A stretch of DNA of 64,000 nt from Macrostomum lignano (lineage: Eukaryota). The first letter of the stretch is position 1; each line of letters opens with the position of its first letter. The stretch is from assembly GCA_002269645.1 (NCBI GenBank), contig NIVC01003412.1, forward strand, positions 1-64,000, in the 5' to 3' direction. The notes under the pieces were generated by a model. The model had not been told where the DNA came from, did no database searches, and saw only the letters and a list, made by a program, of their open reading frames with translations. Shown piece after piece: positions 38,800-51,568 of the stretch. The position numbers and the translations under genes were made by a program.

Positions 38800-39850
38800 C
38801 TATGGTGACTCGACTATAATTAATATCAGTGGCGTTGACACAGTAGCAGGTGATGCTGTGTCAGATGGTTTAGTAATCGTTGAAATGAAGTTAGCAGCCC
38901 TTAGCAACAGTTCTGAAATTGCTGAAATGACAGCCCGAGTATTGCAGCTTGTGAGCTCACGCGCAGTGCTTCTGCTCTCTGGAAAACTTATGAGAACGAA
39001 CATTGAACTGCTACAGTTACTGAACTCGACAGACGCTTTGTCTGATGCATCAACTTTCAGGGTTGAGCACGGACCTGACACTGCAGCTGAACCACTGAAA
39101 GACAAGATGATGCTTAAAGTTTTAGGATGCATTTTAATATAAATAAAAACTAAGACAGCAGCCATGTTCAATGCTGACTCACACGAACCCTTTAGCTGTG
39201 GCAACCGGCTTCAATTCACACGCACCAAAACCGTTTCTTTTAGGAGAGAGCACTGAGGCATTGGCTGCACTGTAGAACATGCCGAGCCGCACTGGGCTGC
39301 TCAAGTTCTCAAGTTCAGAGGCCGTCTGCACGGGTTCAACGAGAGTCTGGCTGTGTCTGAAAGCGTTTTGTTGCTCACTTTTATAATAAAATAGACAGGG
39401 AGATGGAGATTAAAAACACATTCTGCTGAGACACCGCTCACTTGCACTAATGAGACTGCAAATATGACATGTTGGAGAAGCTGTCACAGCTGTCACAGAC
39501 GCTGTCACATTCACAGCGTAGCAGTTTCAGTTGAAGCTGAGCAATGTCTCAGTGAGCAATGTCTCAGTGAGCAATGTCTCAGTGAGCAATGTCTCAATGG
39601 CAGAGTCCAGGGAGAATGAGCAGGAGTCTCAGCTTGACTTGAGCGGCACGTTGATACCTTGAGTCCCAGCTTGCCTCCACCGTGAGCGGGAACCTAAAAT
39701 AGCAATGTAATTTTATTTTCTCAATTTTCGGAACACAATTACTTTGGTCGAGTGGAGACCGTAGCACAACTTCCAGGTGCTCGGTGACCTGAGCGCCGTT
39801 ATGCCCGAGAGATACGACCGACAATGAACTAGAAAGATGCATCTAGATAT
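38800..39850 (-). pseudogene. Receptor copy C, partial and disrupted
   Basis: Homologues of exons 3-5 present. The lectin exon is broken by a 15-bp repeat expansion (39540-39600) that introduces stops, and by a deletion. No signal or CUB exon before copy D ends at 40075. Confidence 0.75.
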
Positions 39851-40074
39851 AGCTCACTCAATAGAGTCATCCTATCTTTCTGTTAAATAAAGCTTTCAAT
39901 AAACTGTTTAAATTTTGTGTTATTTTAATCTTCAAAAAAAATCTGGGATACATTATTACCAAAACTATTATTGAATTCATGAACAAAATTTCAAGAAACT
40001 AAAACACATTCACACAAACATTCAAGTTCTCACTTACATTGAATTTGCGTGGTATGCAAACAACAATCCAGCAG

Positions 40075-43000
40075 TTACTGGAATCGAAGACGTAACGACA
40101 TTACTTCTAATGCATATCTTGCTTTGCTGAGGTGGAAACTTTTACAGCTTTCGGTGGCTAACTTAATTATATAATTTTTCAACACGAATAATGCAATGCA
40201 AAATTTTTGTGGATGAGTGTAGCTCCAGCGCTGAGTCAAAACTGTAAAACTAGCCATCCAGTGGCGCAGCAGGTTGCCAATCAATGCGCCGAATGACGCA
40301 TCTGGTAGTGCATCGAGTGATGCATCGGGCGGGGCATCAGGTAGTTCATCGGGAGGCTCATCGATTTGTACATCATTTGGAGCATCCGATTGCGCATTGA
40401 TTGGTGAATTCGGTGGCATAACATCCAGTGGAACACCTGGTGGTGGTGCATCAAGTGGCTCATTGAGCTGTGCATCATGTGGCGCATCCAGTGGTGCATC
40501 GAGTGGCTCATCTGGTGGCTCATCTGGTGGCTCGTCGGGTGGCTCGTCGCGAAGGGCATCAAGTGGCGCATCCGGTGGCTCATCGGATGGCTCGTCGGGT
40601 GGCTCATCGGCTGGCTCGTCGGGTGGCTCATCGGCTGGCTCGTCGGGTGGCTCATCGGCTGGCTCGTCGGGTGGCTCGTCGGATGGCTCATCAGGTGGCT
40701 CATCGGCTGGTTCATCAGGTGGCTCATCGGCTGGTTCATCAGGTGGCTCATCGGCTGGCTCATCAGGTGGCTCATCGGCTGGTTCATCAGGTGGCTCATC
40801 GGCTGGCTCATCAGGTGGCTCATCGGCTGGTTCATCAGGTGGCTCATCGGGTAGAGCATCAAGTGGCGCATCCAGTGGTGCAACTGGTGGTTCATCGGGT
40901 GGATCATCGCGTAGAGCATCAAGTGGATCATCCAGTGGTGCATCGGCTGGTTCATCAGGTGGCTCATCGGGTGGCTCATCAGGTGGTTCATCGGCTGGCT
41001 CATCAGGTGGATCATCGCGTAGAGCATCAAGTGGCTCATCCAGTGGTGCATCGGCAGGTTCACCAGGTGGCTCATCGGCTGGTTCATCGCGTAGAGCATC
41101 AAGTGGCGCATTCAATGGCGCATCAATTGGCCAACTATAAATGGCGTTTTGGGCCATACTGCGCTGATCGTATGGGCAGCTCTCGTTTAAAAGGTAGCAG
41201 TTTTCTGAAGTACTCGTTGAAGCCTTGCTTGCATTACCTACTGAAGCGCCACCTGAAATCCCAGTTTCATGCTTAATCAAAGGTTGGAAAACATTTTTCA
41301 GTGGTTCAATATCAGCATTTCCTTTCTCAACAAACTGCTCAGAACTATTTAATGAGGTGTAACGTCTTTTGCAGACGATAATTATCACAATGGTTATAAT
41401 TACAAGGACCACCAGAATCGGACAGGAAACTCCAACAATTACAGCCAAGTTACTTGCTGGAGCTTCAGTTGAGGTATGGTCTGGTGCTGATTGCACTGTT
41501 TCTGATAATAACATTCTGCCACTTGATTCAATAGAATTTATCGGCTCTTTAGCGGTCCATTTCTGTCGCGGCGTTTTCAGAACTTTCCAAATGACCGTCT
41601 TAGCGAAACAGCTGGCTGGATAGGGTCCCATAGTGCCTCCTCTCTCAGGAAACTTTACAAGAAATGGAATCTGGCTGCTACAGCTTTTCGATTTGATTTC
41701 CGCTCTGTCCGAAGCATCCACATTCATAGTCACGCACGGACCTGTCGCGCCGTTTGACTCTCTGTAGTTATTTAAAGGTGGTTCCAGGTTAACTCGCAGC
41801 TTATTTTTCATAGCCTCTTCTGTTTTACAGAAGATGAAACGGAATTACTCACACAAAACCCTCAGATCTGAGAACAGGCTTCAATCCACATTCACCGCTA
41901 TCCTGTCTGATTAGAGAGGTCACTGAGGCATCGGCTGCACTGTAGAACATGCCGAGACGCACTGGCTGGCTCAGGCTCAGGGGCCGTCTGTACGGGTGCA
42001 ACGACAGTCTGGCTGTGTCTGAAACCGTTTTGACGCTCATTTTTATAATAAAGTAGCCATGGAAATTGAAAACAAATTATCAGAGTCGTTACTCACTTGC
42101 AGCAATCAGACTGCGGATTTCAGTCATGCTGGAGAAGCTGGCCAGCTCAGCATCGCCTCTGATGCTGGACATTGCGACTGTTAAATTGGCTTTGACTTTG
42201 CTCACAGCGTAGCAGTTTCCGTTAAAGCTGAGCATGTCTCTGTGGCAGAGTCCAGGGAGAATCAGCAGGAGTCTCAGCTTTACCTGGGGGGCACGTTGGT
42301 ACCTCGGATCCCAGCTTGCCTCCACCGTGAGCGGGAACCTAAAATAGTAATGTGATTTTTGTTTACCAATTGTCGGAACACAATTATTTTGGTCGAGTGG
42401 AGACCGTAGCGCAAAGTCATAGTGCTTGTTGACCTGAACGCCTTTATGCCCGAGAGATTTGACCGACATTGAACTAGAAAGCTCCTAGAATTATTGATTA
42501 ACTTTAACCATTGTATATTTTTATACTCGTAGTCAAGGTAAAACATCTTAGATCTACCAATATATTTTAACGTCTTGTTATTTGTACCTGAGGACATCTA
42601 GATTATACTCGTACGAAACGACCAACTAACTACCGTAACTGTATTTCCCGCAACTAGCGCTTCTAAATAGGTTAAGCAAAACAAAGCTGACCGCGAGGTC
42701 GAACTTAGTGAGTAGTACGCCGGTTTCAGTGTTAGTTTTTAAATTTGTAATTAATTTAATTGTTATGCTGTATTTTCTCACAGTATTGTCAATAGCGAGT
42801 CTGAGAAAGAATAATGTTCATAGCAGACTGAATTGCCATGGAACTTTCATGGAACAACCGTGGAATTACCACGGATTTTCGACGGAATTACCGTTTGATG
42901 TTTTCAGAGTGTTGCTACTTTTCAATTTCTATAGCTATTTGATCCTGTTATTATTTCAATCGCACCCCGTGTGAGCTATATCCATGCTCGTGCTCTATGT

Positions 43001-44154
43001 CAGTGAAATGGGCATGACTGTTTGCCTTCTTGAGTTGATCTCCATTACATTTTTTCTCAGTCTGAAAATTTTCAAGCACCAAAGGATCTCTCTATCTCAT
43101 TGACGAACATGGATTTTTGCGGTTGGACGCGAAACATCCCAGCAGTCACGGGAATTTCTCCTCCGCTGTAGCTGATGACCAACTTTGCTGATCCAGTTTG
43201 ATTCTCTCCCGATTGTAAGCGTAAGTCGGTGTTGTCGGCAGAACCAATGAGCAACCCCTGTAAGACAAGCTGCATGTCTTCTTGAGCAGCAGAATTCTTA
43301 ATTATCCACCTGCATCTCCTGTAGCTCGTATCCAACTCGTCGGTCAGCACTCTCGGAATGATGCTCTCGTCTCGGTGGAAAAAATCGTCAACTGTTATCA
43401 ATAATGTGAGCCCATTCACGCAGTAGTGGTTGGCGCCTTGGCAACTGGAAATGCGGCGAAAACGAAGACACTGACTGTAATAAACAGTGACACAAACTGG
43501 TGAACCGGTCAAAAATATTGACCAAATCATCGCTTTTCAAGGGCGGGTGCTAGAAATTAAGAAAATGGGTTTACTCGAGAAAGCTTGACTGCAACTGTTC
43601 GTACACTGCTGTCTGAGCGTTTGTGTAAAAAATAGCTGCTCCCATAGTCTTATAGTTATCAATGCTGGCAAGGGGGGCCGTAGCCCAGCGGTAGCGCAGC
43701 TGCTCTGGTGTGCCGCGACCCAGGCTCGATTCCAAGTGCAGCCACATTAATTTGGGGCTGGATTGGAATTTCGGCTTGGCTCGCCTGTGCAATTAACGGC
43801 CTTGAGAGCCAACCCCCCAAGAGGCAGTGAAATGTACATGCCTAAGAATTAATAAAGTTAGGGCCGCTGTACACTCCTGTGTGAGTGTGTGCCTGCGTAA
43901 CGTATCCGCGCGCTTGTATGCCTGCTCAGGGGAGTCGGCGAAATGGGCAGTAATGCCTCTCGCCGGTTGTGTGCCTATGTCGCCTAAAGTGCGCCAGGGT
44001 GCACACAATCCCCCTGCCTCTAATAAAAAATAAAAAAAATCAATGCTGGCACATCTAAAGTCAAGATTTAACGGATTAAAAGGCAAACTTACACTGATAC
44101 AGTCCGACAGAAAATCGTCACAGTTGCCAATGTCAGCAGGCTGACAGCACGCAT
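40075..44154 (-). CDS. Receptor copy D, 5 exons, about 840 aa, with a long (DEPP/DAPL)n cytoplasmic tail
   Basis: Exons 44154-44093, 43474-43109, 42338-42097, 42018-41853, 41761-40075; in frame (exon-2 donor GTTCGT is weak); TM LAVIVGVSCPILVVLVIITIVIIIVC followed by KRR. Confidence 0.78.
43671..44038 (+). mobile_element. tRNA-derived SINE family 2, full length with A-rich tail
   Basis: 13-bp TSD ATCAATGCTGGCA (43658-70, 44039-51); A-box TAGCCCAGCGG, B-box GGCTCGATTCC; absent from the homologous intron of copy A (about 21700). Confidence 0.9.
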
Positions 44155-44654
44155 ATCTTTTGATAATCAGATTGTACTTTGTCTAAAAACTAGAAAAAAC
44201 AAAAAGCCTTCAAGCTTCTTTCAGCTCAAAATGTCTTCTTTTATTTTGAATACGAGCGCACTGAATACAAGTGTACGCGTGATAAATTCTCTTCTCACCT
44301 CAGGCAGAGTGAGCGAGTTTACATTTATGCCAACACGTAAAGACACGCGCACAGAAGTGAGAGCAAGTGCAGTGCAAGTACATCTGTACAGTAGACTTTT
44401 GCCTACGTGCCTGATAATAACAAACGAAGTTCCCCTATTGTTGGTTTGGTTTAGAATTTCTCTAAGAAACTGCGAGGACAGAAGCCGCCACCAGTGATTG
44501 TGAGAGATAAAAGGGCTATTAGCTAAACGTTCGCTGTTTGTGGTTTTTTATAATCCTGAATTCTATTTAATTCGTTACAGATCTCTTTTAACTTTTTATC
44601 TTTTCAAAGATAAAACGTTTGCTGAGTTCTTCTCAGAAGTCTTCTTATGAGGAC

Positions 44655-44964
44655 ATAGTAATAACCATAATTGATTAAACCTACCCTAATGGGTAGATTT
44701 GCAACCGACAGCTCAGCCGCAGCTATTGCGCGGCGCATCTGAAGGCTTGCGTAGGGCGGCTGTTCACAGTTCAAGGACTGGGGGGTCGCCACACACACTC
44801 AATCACCCCAGCTAATACTGGCACCCATTTTACAGCTGGGTGAACTGAAGCAATGCAGAGTTAAGTGTTCTGCTCAAGGACACAAATTATTCCAGTGAGA
44901 TCGGGAATCAAAGCCCTGACCTTCGAGTCGTGAGTCCGACGCTCTAACGACTAGGCTACAACCC
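44655..44964 (-). mobile_element. SINE family 1, copy 5
   Basis: Same position and flanks as the 22305 copy, inside a duplicated block. Confidence 0.85.
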
Positions 44965-45379
44965 TCTTCTGGAATATGAGCGCATGCACAGTCCTCAAAA
45001 TGATAACAAAGAGCAATAGATTATATCGCGCCAACAAGGTTAAATGAGATTATTAAAAAAATTGATTTCGTCGAAAAATTACGATTTGTTCGTAAATTGA
45101 TCAGTTAAATTTGTAGCTTATAACCGAGGACTCATCAGTGACCTGTTCTTGAAATGATGGAGAATCCTCTTTGACGAGAACTTCGATGTTGAGTACGCTT
45201 TTATAGAATTACGAGTATTAGACCTTTTAAATTCGGAAAGAGACAAAAATATGAAATAAAAACGATGCCGGAACACAATATAAAGATAGACGGCTTTCGG
45301 TGCCAAGAATTAGTGAGATTCTTAAACAAATCCGAACTGTGAAATACTATCAAAACGCCCATTTTAAAACTGTGCAGAT

Positions 45380-45830
45380 CAGGCAGTTTACCAGTTTGTG
45401 CATCGCAGTGCCCCAGCAGTCAGTCTTCATTGCCATGCCAAAAAAACAAGGAAAAAATGAATTTGCATTACTCCGAAAAGCAAGTCTCATGAGCCACATT
45501 ACCAAAGTGCTGATGAGGCCACAGTACATTCCGCTCATTACGGAAACGGAAGAGAAGCTGCAAAAATTCTGAACATGGGTTTAAAGATAAACTGCAAGAA
45601 GACAGAATGCATAGTTGTTACCGAACAGAAGGAAGCCCCAGTGGGCATCATCATCATAAAAGGTGAACCTGTGAAGCAATTTTGTAAATTCAACTATTAA
45701 GGAAGTTTGATTACTTCGGATGGAACATGTGAGCAGGAAATCAAACGGAGAATCAGCATGGCAAAGGATGCCTTCCAATTAACAGATGAACAGAATCCTG
45801 CCAAATGGGAAAGGCAATATGAAAGCGAAG
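45380..45830 (+). mobile_element. Internally deleted RTE-type LINE reverse-transcriptase fragment
   Basis: SVFIAMPKK...SLMSHITKVLMR joined to LITETEEKLQK...MGLKINCKKT...FNY*GSLITSDG.CEQEIKRRISMAKDAF. Confidence 0.8.
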
Positions 45831-46749
45831 TTAAGAATTCTTGACTGTTGTTATTGTTACGGACCTTTTGGCTCTGGGGGAGTAAATTTAATCGATGCTA
45901 CTAAAGTCGTATTGGGCCTAAGGGATAAGTCTTACTCGGGAATTGGGAATTTCTTGGAATTGGGAAATATTCAAATTATACTACTTTAAGGAGTATGCTT
46001 CAAAGATACCCCTGGCGGCGTGAGTGTCCGAGCGGCAAGACACTGTCTAATCAGTCCGGGGGAGGGGGAAGGGCTACGCGATGGATCAAAGTTGTCTGGG
46101 AAACAGAGCGCACTAATGGGGAATTCAATAACTAACAAAGAATACTGGCATAGAGGATAGGATGTTTAATAAGGTAAGGAGGCAGGACGTCTAATAAAGG
46201 GAATGGGATAAGTAGGCAGGAAGCCTGGTAGGGTAAGGAGGCAGGTCGCCTAATGAGCAGAGAAGGGTGTAGGGATAGTCCAAGGCCTGGGCAGACAGTG
46301 AGTCTGGATGGAGGAGTTGGCAGAACGCCAGGTTAGACCACAGATACTAAATACCCTAGATGGTTCACTCGACTATATTTAGCAAAACTACTCTCTGTTC
46401 GGTAGTATGATCGTAAAAAGCAACATTTATTTATTCAACTAGCTGTGACGGCTTAGGCTAAAGCAAAAATAATTGACTTTGTCTACACAATCGTAAGTCA
46501 AACTTTTAATGCTACTGGTATACTAGTAATTATTTTTTTATTCATTTAACAAACATTCAAGCAACATTTTTGTGCATTGCAAATGAGAGAAAAGAACAAA
46601 ACGGGGAAATATATATAATACAGTGAAATTATAATTACCGTAGAATAAAAAAGATATAAATTTCTTGAGTTATACTCAAAGTTAGTTTATCTTGCGATTT
46701 TTGCCCATAGTTTTCTTTTTCTGGGCCACTGCACGCAGGTTCTTCATTT

Positions 46750-48520
46750 CACGTCGGCACCAATGCTCTTCATGGTGCAGCCGAAGGTGAGCAAAAGTTT
46801 AAAAAACTTGCTTATGCACCCGCGTGTGATGCAGTTCGCAGGCAGGTAGTGCTACTAATTGTAATTGTGCACGGAGGTGGTCAACAAACCGAGCTGCCGC
46901 ACGAGGCTGGATTATGAAGCTGGGTGTCAGGGCTGTAAACTCGGCTTCCATCTTCATAAATGCAACAAGCGCCACCGGCGAGGGCACAGTCAACCCGCGG
47001 GATGCATGCGAGTAGGTCTTGTGCTGGATGTGAACCCCCGCAGGTGTGGAAGCAAATTGTTGCGCAGATGACAGTGAAGAACTCGGCTTCGCTTTAGCAC
47101 ATATCCGCCAACGTACTCAGCAGCTTCCAGCGAGGCATTGCTTGCATCCTGCCAGGAGTCCAGCTTTTCTTGGAGCAGCTGCTGCTGTGGTACCTGGCAT
47201 GCAACACTGCTTGAGTTCGGTGGACCCGCTTTGGTAGTCACACAGTCTCCGGCACCGGTGGGGGCGTAGGCTGCTGTGATGCCAGCATCACAGTTGTCGT
47301 CTTCGCAGTTGCGGGACGTCGAGTCAGGCTGGGCCAGGCCGCTGGCAGCCACGGACCGCAGGGCACCGACAAAGGAGCTGAGCTCTGGTCTGTCGTTAAA
47401 ACAGTTGTGCCCGCGGATAATGCAGAAAAATTCTGAAGAGGAGAATTGTGCGATGCCCTTTGTTTCATCGATGCAAATTCATGCAACGATCTAAATCCCG
47501 GCCTTGTGGCTAGCTGTCAGGCACTCATCAATAGCTATTCCAAATCCTTCTTGGCCAAGAGTTCGAAAACAGGATAATATGCGATTGCTTGTTTCCAGTC
47601 CTGAAAGACTCATCGAAGCACAGCGACGATGGCCTCGTTTACAGGTCTGGGCAACTGCTCCTTGCTGTCATCAGGGGTTCGTGGATCGCAGCCCACAACC
47701 ATGTCACGATGTTGCTGGTAGCGCAGGCTGGGTGTAAGGCTCATTCCATCGAAGCAAAGGGTAGCAATCCGCTGCTGATTGGTCGATGATGCATCAAACT
47801 TGGACTGCAAGGATCGCATCGTCAAGTTGCAAATCCCAGGCAATACGAAATACTGTCGAATTCGCCACCTAATTGTCGACCTTGATGGTAGCGGGATTTT
47901 CCACTTATTGCGTAAGCTGACGAGCCTTTTTGATGCAGCTGAATTGAGCACGCAATGTCTGCTTTGGTCCAGCGCATGCCGCGGCTGCAAACATCACGCC
48001 TGAACTTCTGCTGCATCAGACGACTAGCTATTGAGCTGCTTAGCATGACCTTGTTTAGCATGACCTTGGTTGGTTAAGCTGTTGGCTGTTGGCATTGCCT
48101 GCTCTTCGGCCTGTGGTGGCTCACCATCAGTGCTGTTGAATGGCTGCAGTTCAGGTGGATAGAGATTGTCAGCCTCTTCGTCACTGCAAACAACCAAATG
48201 TGTCAGGTCATGTGCAATGAGGCGGGGTAGAGTCAGCTCCCTGTCTAGAAAGGCATTCCACCGTAAACGTGCGGTATCTTCATGTCGCAGAGAAGGACAG
48301 CTGTAATCATTGTCAGTAAAATGCACATTGCACACTCGCAATCCCATCTTGCGAATGGCTCCGATGTCCAAGTCGATTTCCAGCATTTGCCTCCATCGAT
48401 TCGCAACTCCGTCGTCCGCTGGAAACCTGTGCATTCGCACAGCCACTCCCTCGTCTGTTAGAGATTGCGCTGTATGGGTGCAGGTAGCTGCACACAGCAG
48501 CGCTTTGAGCTGAATTTCAT
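46750..48520 (-). mobile_element. THAP-domain P-element/THAP9-like transposase remnant, internally deleted and frameshifted
   Basis: HRFP...W...RVCNVHF...LRWNA THAP motif; LPSRSTIR...LCFDGMSL; IRGHNCFNDRP...FVGALR...NCEDD; EYVGGYV. TIR pair not found. Confidence 0.8.
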
Positions 48521-49223
48521 ATCAGTCTGGTGATTGCACGAAGCGTTGCTGGTGTTTTTGTCAGTCTGTTCTGTGCTCTGTTTGCTGGTAAGCCTCAAAC
48601 TGCAAAACGAGTATAAAATCTTTCCTTTCTCCGTCCTGCCTTGTTCCTTTAAACTCCGTATCTCGTCCCAGTTGACTACTAGCTAAAAACGAAGTCAATC
48701 AATCGATTTCTTCGACTGTCTATGACCAAGACCAACGCCTTTTTAGGATGGGTGCAGATTTTAACAGTGTGTTTTACGCCTAAGAATTTTGATCCGCTGC
48801 CAAGCTTGGCCATAGTTAAAGAATTGAAAGCGCCAAAGTTGTGCGTGTGTGATGACGCGGGCAGCCAGCCCATTATTTTCTCCAAATATTTTATGCCAAG
48901 ACAAAAAATAGAGCAAATATGAGCTTATGCCACTGGACAGAGAGTAGCAAGTCAAACTGACACACGCCTAAGAACAGCACGCCTATTCAATTGGGAGGAG
49001 GGATAGACAAATTGCCTGGGGAGGGTTGTGCGTGCTGGGGAAGAGGGGAGACAGTAAGTAGGAGGAATCAGGGAGGAATCGAGCCACTGCAGACAGTCTA
49101 AGCCACTGCAGACAGTCAGTGGCTTAGAAAATTGGAAAAAAAGACCGCGAAAGACAGCAAATAACCTTTCTGAAAAATCTGTCTCAACGGATGAACATGA
49201 ACAGCTTCGAAATACTTCACGTC

Positions 49224-51568
49224 TCAATAGACCGTGCTTTGTGGAAGACTGCATGGGGTCGCCAACATTCTCCTTCGATATGGCATCTGGAGATCATCTT
49301 GTTCATCATCAGATGAAGCAGCAGCCAATAATGGCGTTACGTTATGGCTTTCGCTGGCGCTGTTTTTCGACAATTTTTTCTTTCTTTTAAAGACGATTAT
49401 TCCCAGTACTAAAACAAAAATTAGAGGGAGAATCACAATCCCTAGAGTGATACCAACGTTCAATGAATCGCTTTCAAGTGTTTTTGCTGAGCGGCTCTTG
49501 GGTGAGTTCCAGCCTTGAATAGTTTTATGCGTGAGCACTTTTGCGGTACTCGGGTAGCACAGGTGATTCAGTTCTCTAAAAATCGCATTTCTGGAGATCA
49601 TCTTTGTTTCTTGATCGCAATTTCTGATCACCGCTCTCTCAGGAAACATAATAAGAATCGGAAATGGTCTTCTGCATTCGCTGAAATCAAAGATTGATCT
49701 CTCCGATGCGTCTACTCTAAGAACAGAGCACGGGCCTGCGATTCGACGTGGCTCGCTAAAAATCGAAATAGTAAAATTTATTTACGAGGTATTGTCCTAG
49801 CACTCAACTTTAACCAGAGCAATGTGGTAACACTTACAACTCTCTGAAACTCGATATTTGCTGAAGTTTGATGTAGTTTTTAAAATCTCCGTCCATACTG
49901 ACTATGGAAAGCACTGAGACGTCAGTCCTCTTGTAGAACATTCCGAGACGCACTGGCTGAGTCAAGTTCAGAGGCCGTCTGTACGGATGCGCAGACAGTC
50001 TGGCTGTGTCTAAAACCGTTTTGATGCTCATTTTTATAATAAAGTAGCCACGAAGATGAAAATTTAAAACAGATGTTGAAAGTTGCTACTTACTTGCAGC
50101 TATCAGACTGCGGATCTCAGACATGCTGGAGAAGCTGGCCAGCTGAGCATCGCCTCTGATGCTGGACATTGCGGCTGTCACATTGGCTCGGAGTTCGCTC
50201 AAAGCGTAGCAGTTTCTGTTGAAGCTGAGCATGTCTCTGTGGCAGAGTCCAGGGAGAATGAGCAGGAGTCTCAGCTTTACCTGGGCGGCACGTTGATACC
50301 TCGGGTCCCAGCTTGCCTCCACCGTGAGCGGGAACCTAAAATAGCAATTCAAAGCATGATATCAAATGGGCATGACTGTTTGCCTTCTTGAGTTGATCTC
50401 CATTACATTTTTTCTCAGTTTGAAAATTTTCAAGCACCAAAGGATCTCTCTATCTCATTGACGAACATGGATTTTTGCGGTTGGACGCGAAACATCCCAG
50501 CAGTCACGGGAATTTCTCCTCCGCTGTAGCTGATGACCAACTTTGCTGATCCAGTTTGATTCTCTCCCGATTGTAAGCGTAAGTCGGTGTTGTCGGCAGA
50601 ACCGATGAGCAACCCCTGTAGGACAAGCTGCATGTCTTCTTGAGCAGCAGAATTCTTAATGATCCACCTGCATCTCCTGTAGCTCGTATCCAACTCGTCC
50701 GTCAGCACTCTCGGAATGATGCTCTCGTCTCGGTGGAAGAAATCGTCAACTGTTATCAGCATTGTGAGCCCATTCACGCAGTAGTGGTTGGCGCCTCGGC
50801 AACTGGAAATGCGGCGAAAACGAAGACACTGACTGTAATAAACAGTGACACAAACTGGTGAACCGGTCAAAAATATTGACCAAATCATCGCCTTTCGGGC
50901 AGGTGCTAGAAATTGGGAAAATGATTTTACTCAAGAAAGCTTGACTGCAACTGTTCGTACAATGCTGTCTGAGCGTTTGTGTAAAAATACATTTATATGT
51001 TTCATATAGCTATAGCTGCTACATTCACCCGTGTTTCATCGAACGCACAGTGCACCGATACAGTATAGCGGTATATCAAGACGCAGTTTCTATTGACACT
51101 AACACTGTATTCTGAGGGCCTTAGATTCTGTGGAAAAATTCCTGTCAGGGACTACTTAGTCCTTGGGTAAGAGCTTAGGCGATTATTACTGTGATGCTTA
51201 ATTCTTATTGGCTAGGAAACATTAAAAATGCGACAAGGGGCAGGGCTGCGGACAAAAATGGGGATAGAGCAGGGGGGGGGGCAGCCAATCACTCTTAAGC
51301 GCGCAAAACAGAGGGAGAAAGAATGGGGGAGTGCAGGCAGATAGAGGGAGGGGGTCCACGAAGACGGCTGGGAGAGGAGGTTGGCGCAAACACTGGCCGA
51401 AGGGGGGGAAAGAGTGGAATTCACGGCCCGTGTGACCAAGTGCTCGAGACTGCGTATCAATGGAATTGTACAGGCACAAAACTGTGTATAAAATTCTTAC
51501 CCAGGGCTCGTCAGCACCTGGAGCAGCACAAACACTGCTGTCAAAGTCGGAAGTGGTAAATTTAGCAT
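49224..51568 (-). CDS. Receptor copy E, 5 exons, about 459 aa
   Basis: Exons 51568-51501, 50832-50467, 50335-50094, 50009-49838, 49755-49224; in frame; signal MLNLPLPTLTAVFVLLQVLTSP; TM VGITLGIVILPLIFVLVLGIIVF followed by KRKKK. Confidence 0.8.

Noticed and set aside
38738-39142. Plus-strand 134-aa ORF
   Set aside because: Antisense shadow of receptor copy C's last exon
40274-41276. Gly/Ser-rich, His-rich and Trp-rich ORFs
   Set aside because: Alternative frames of the DEPP array; only the minus-strand frame is continuous with the TM exon
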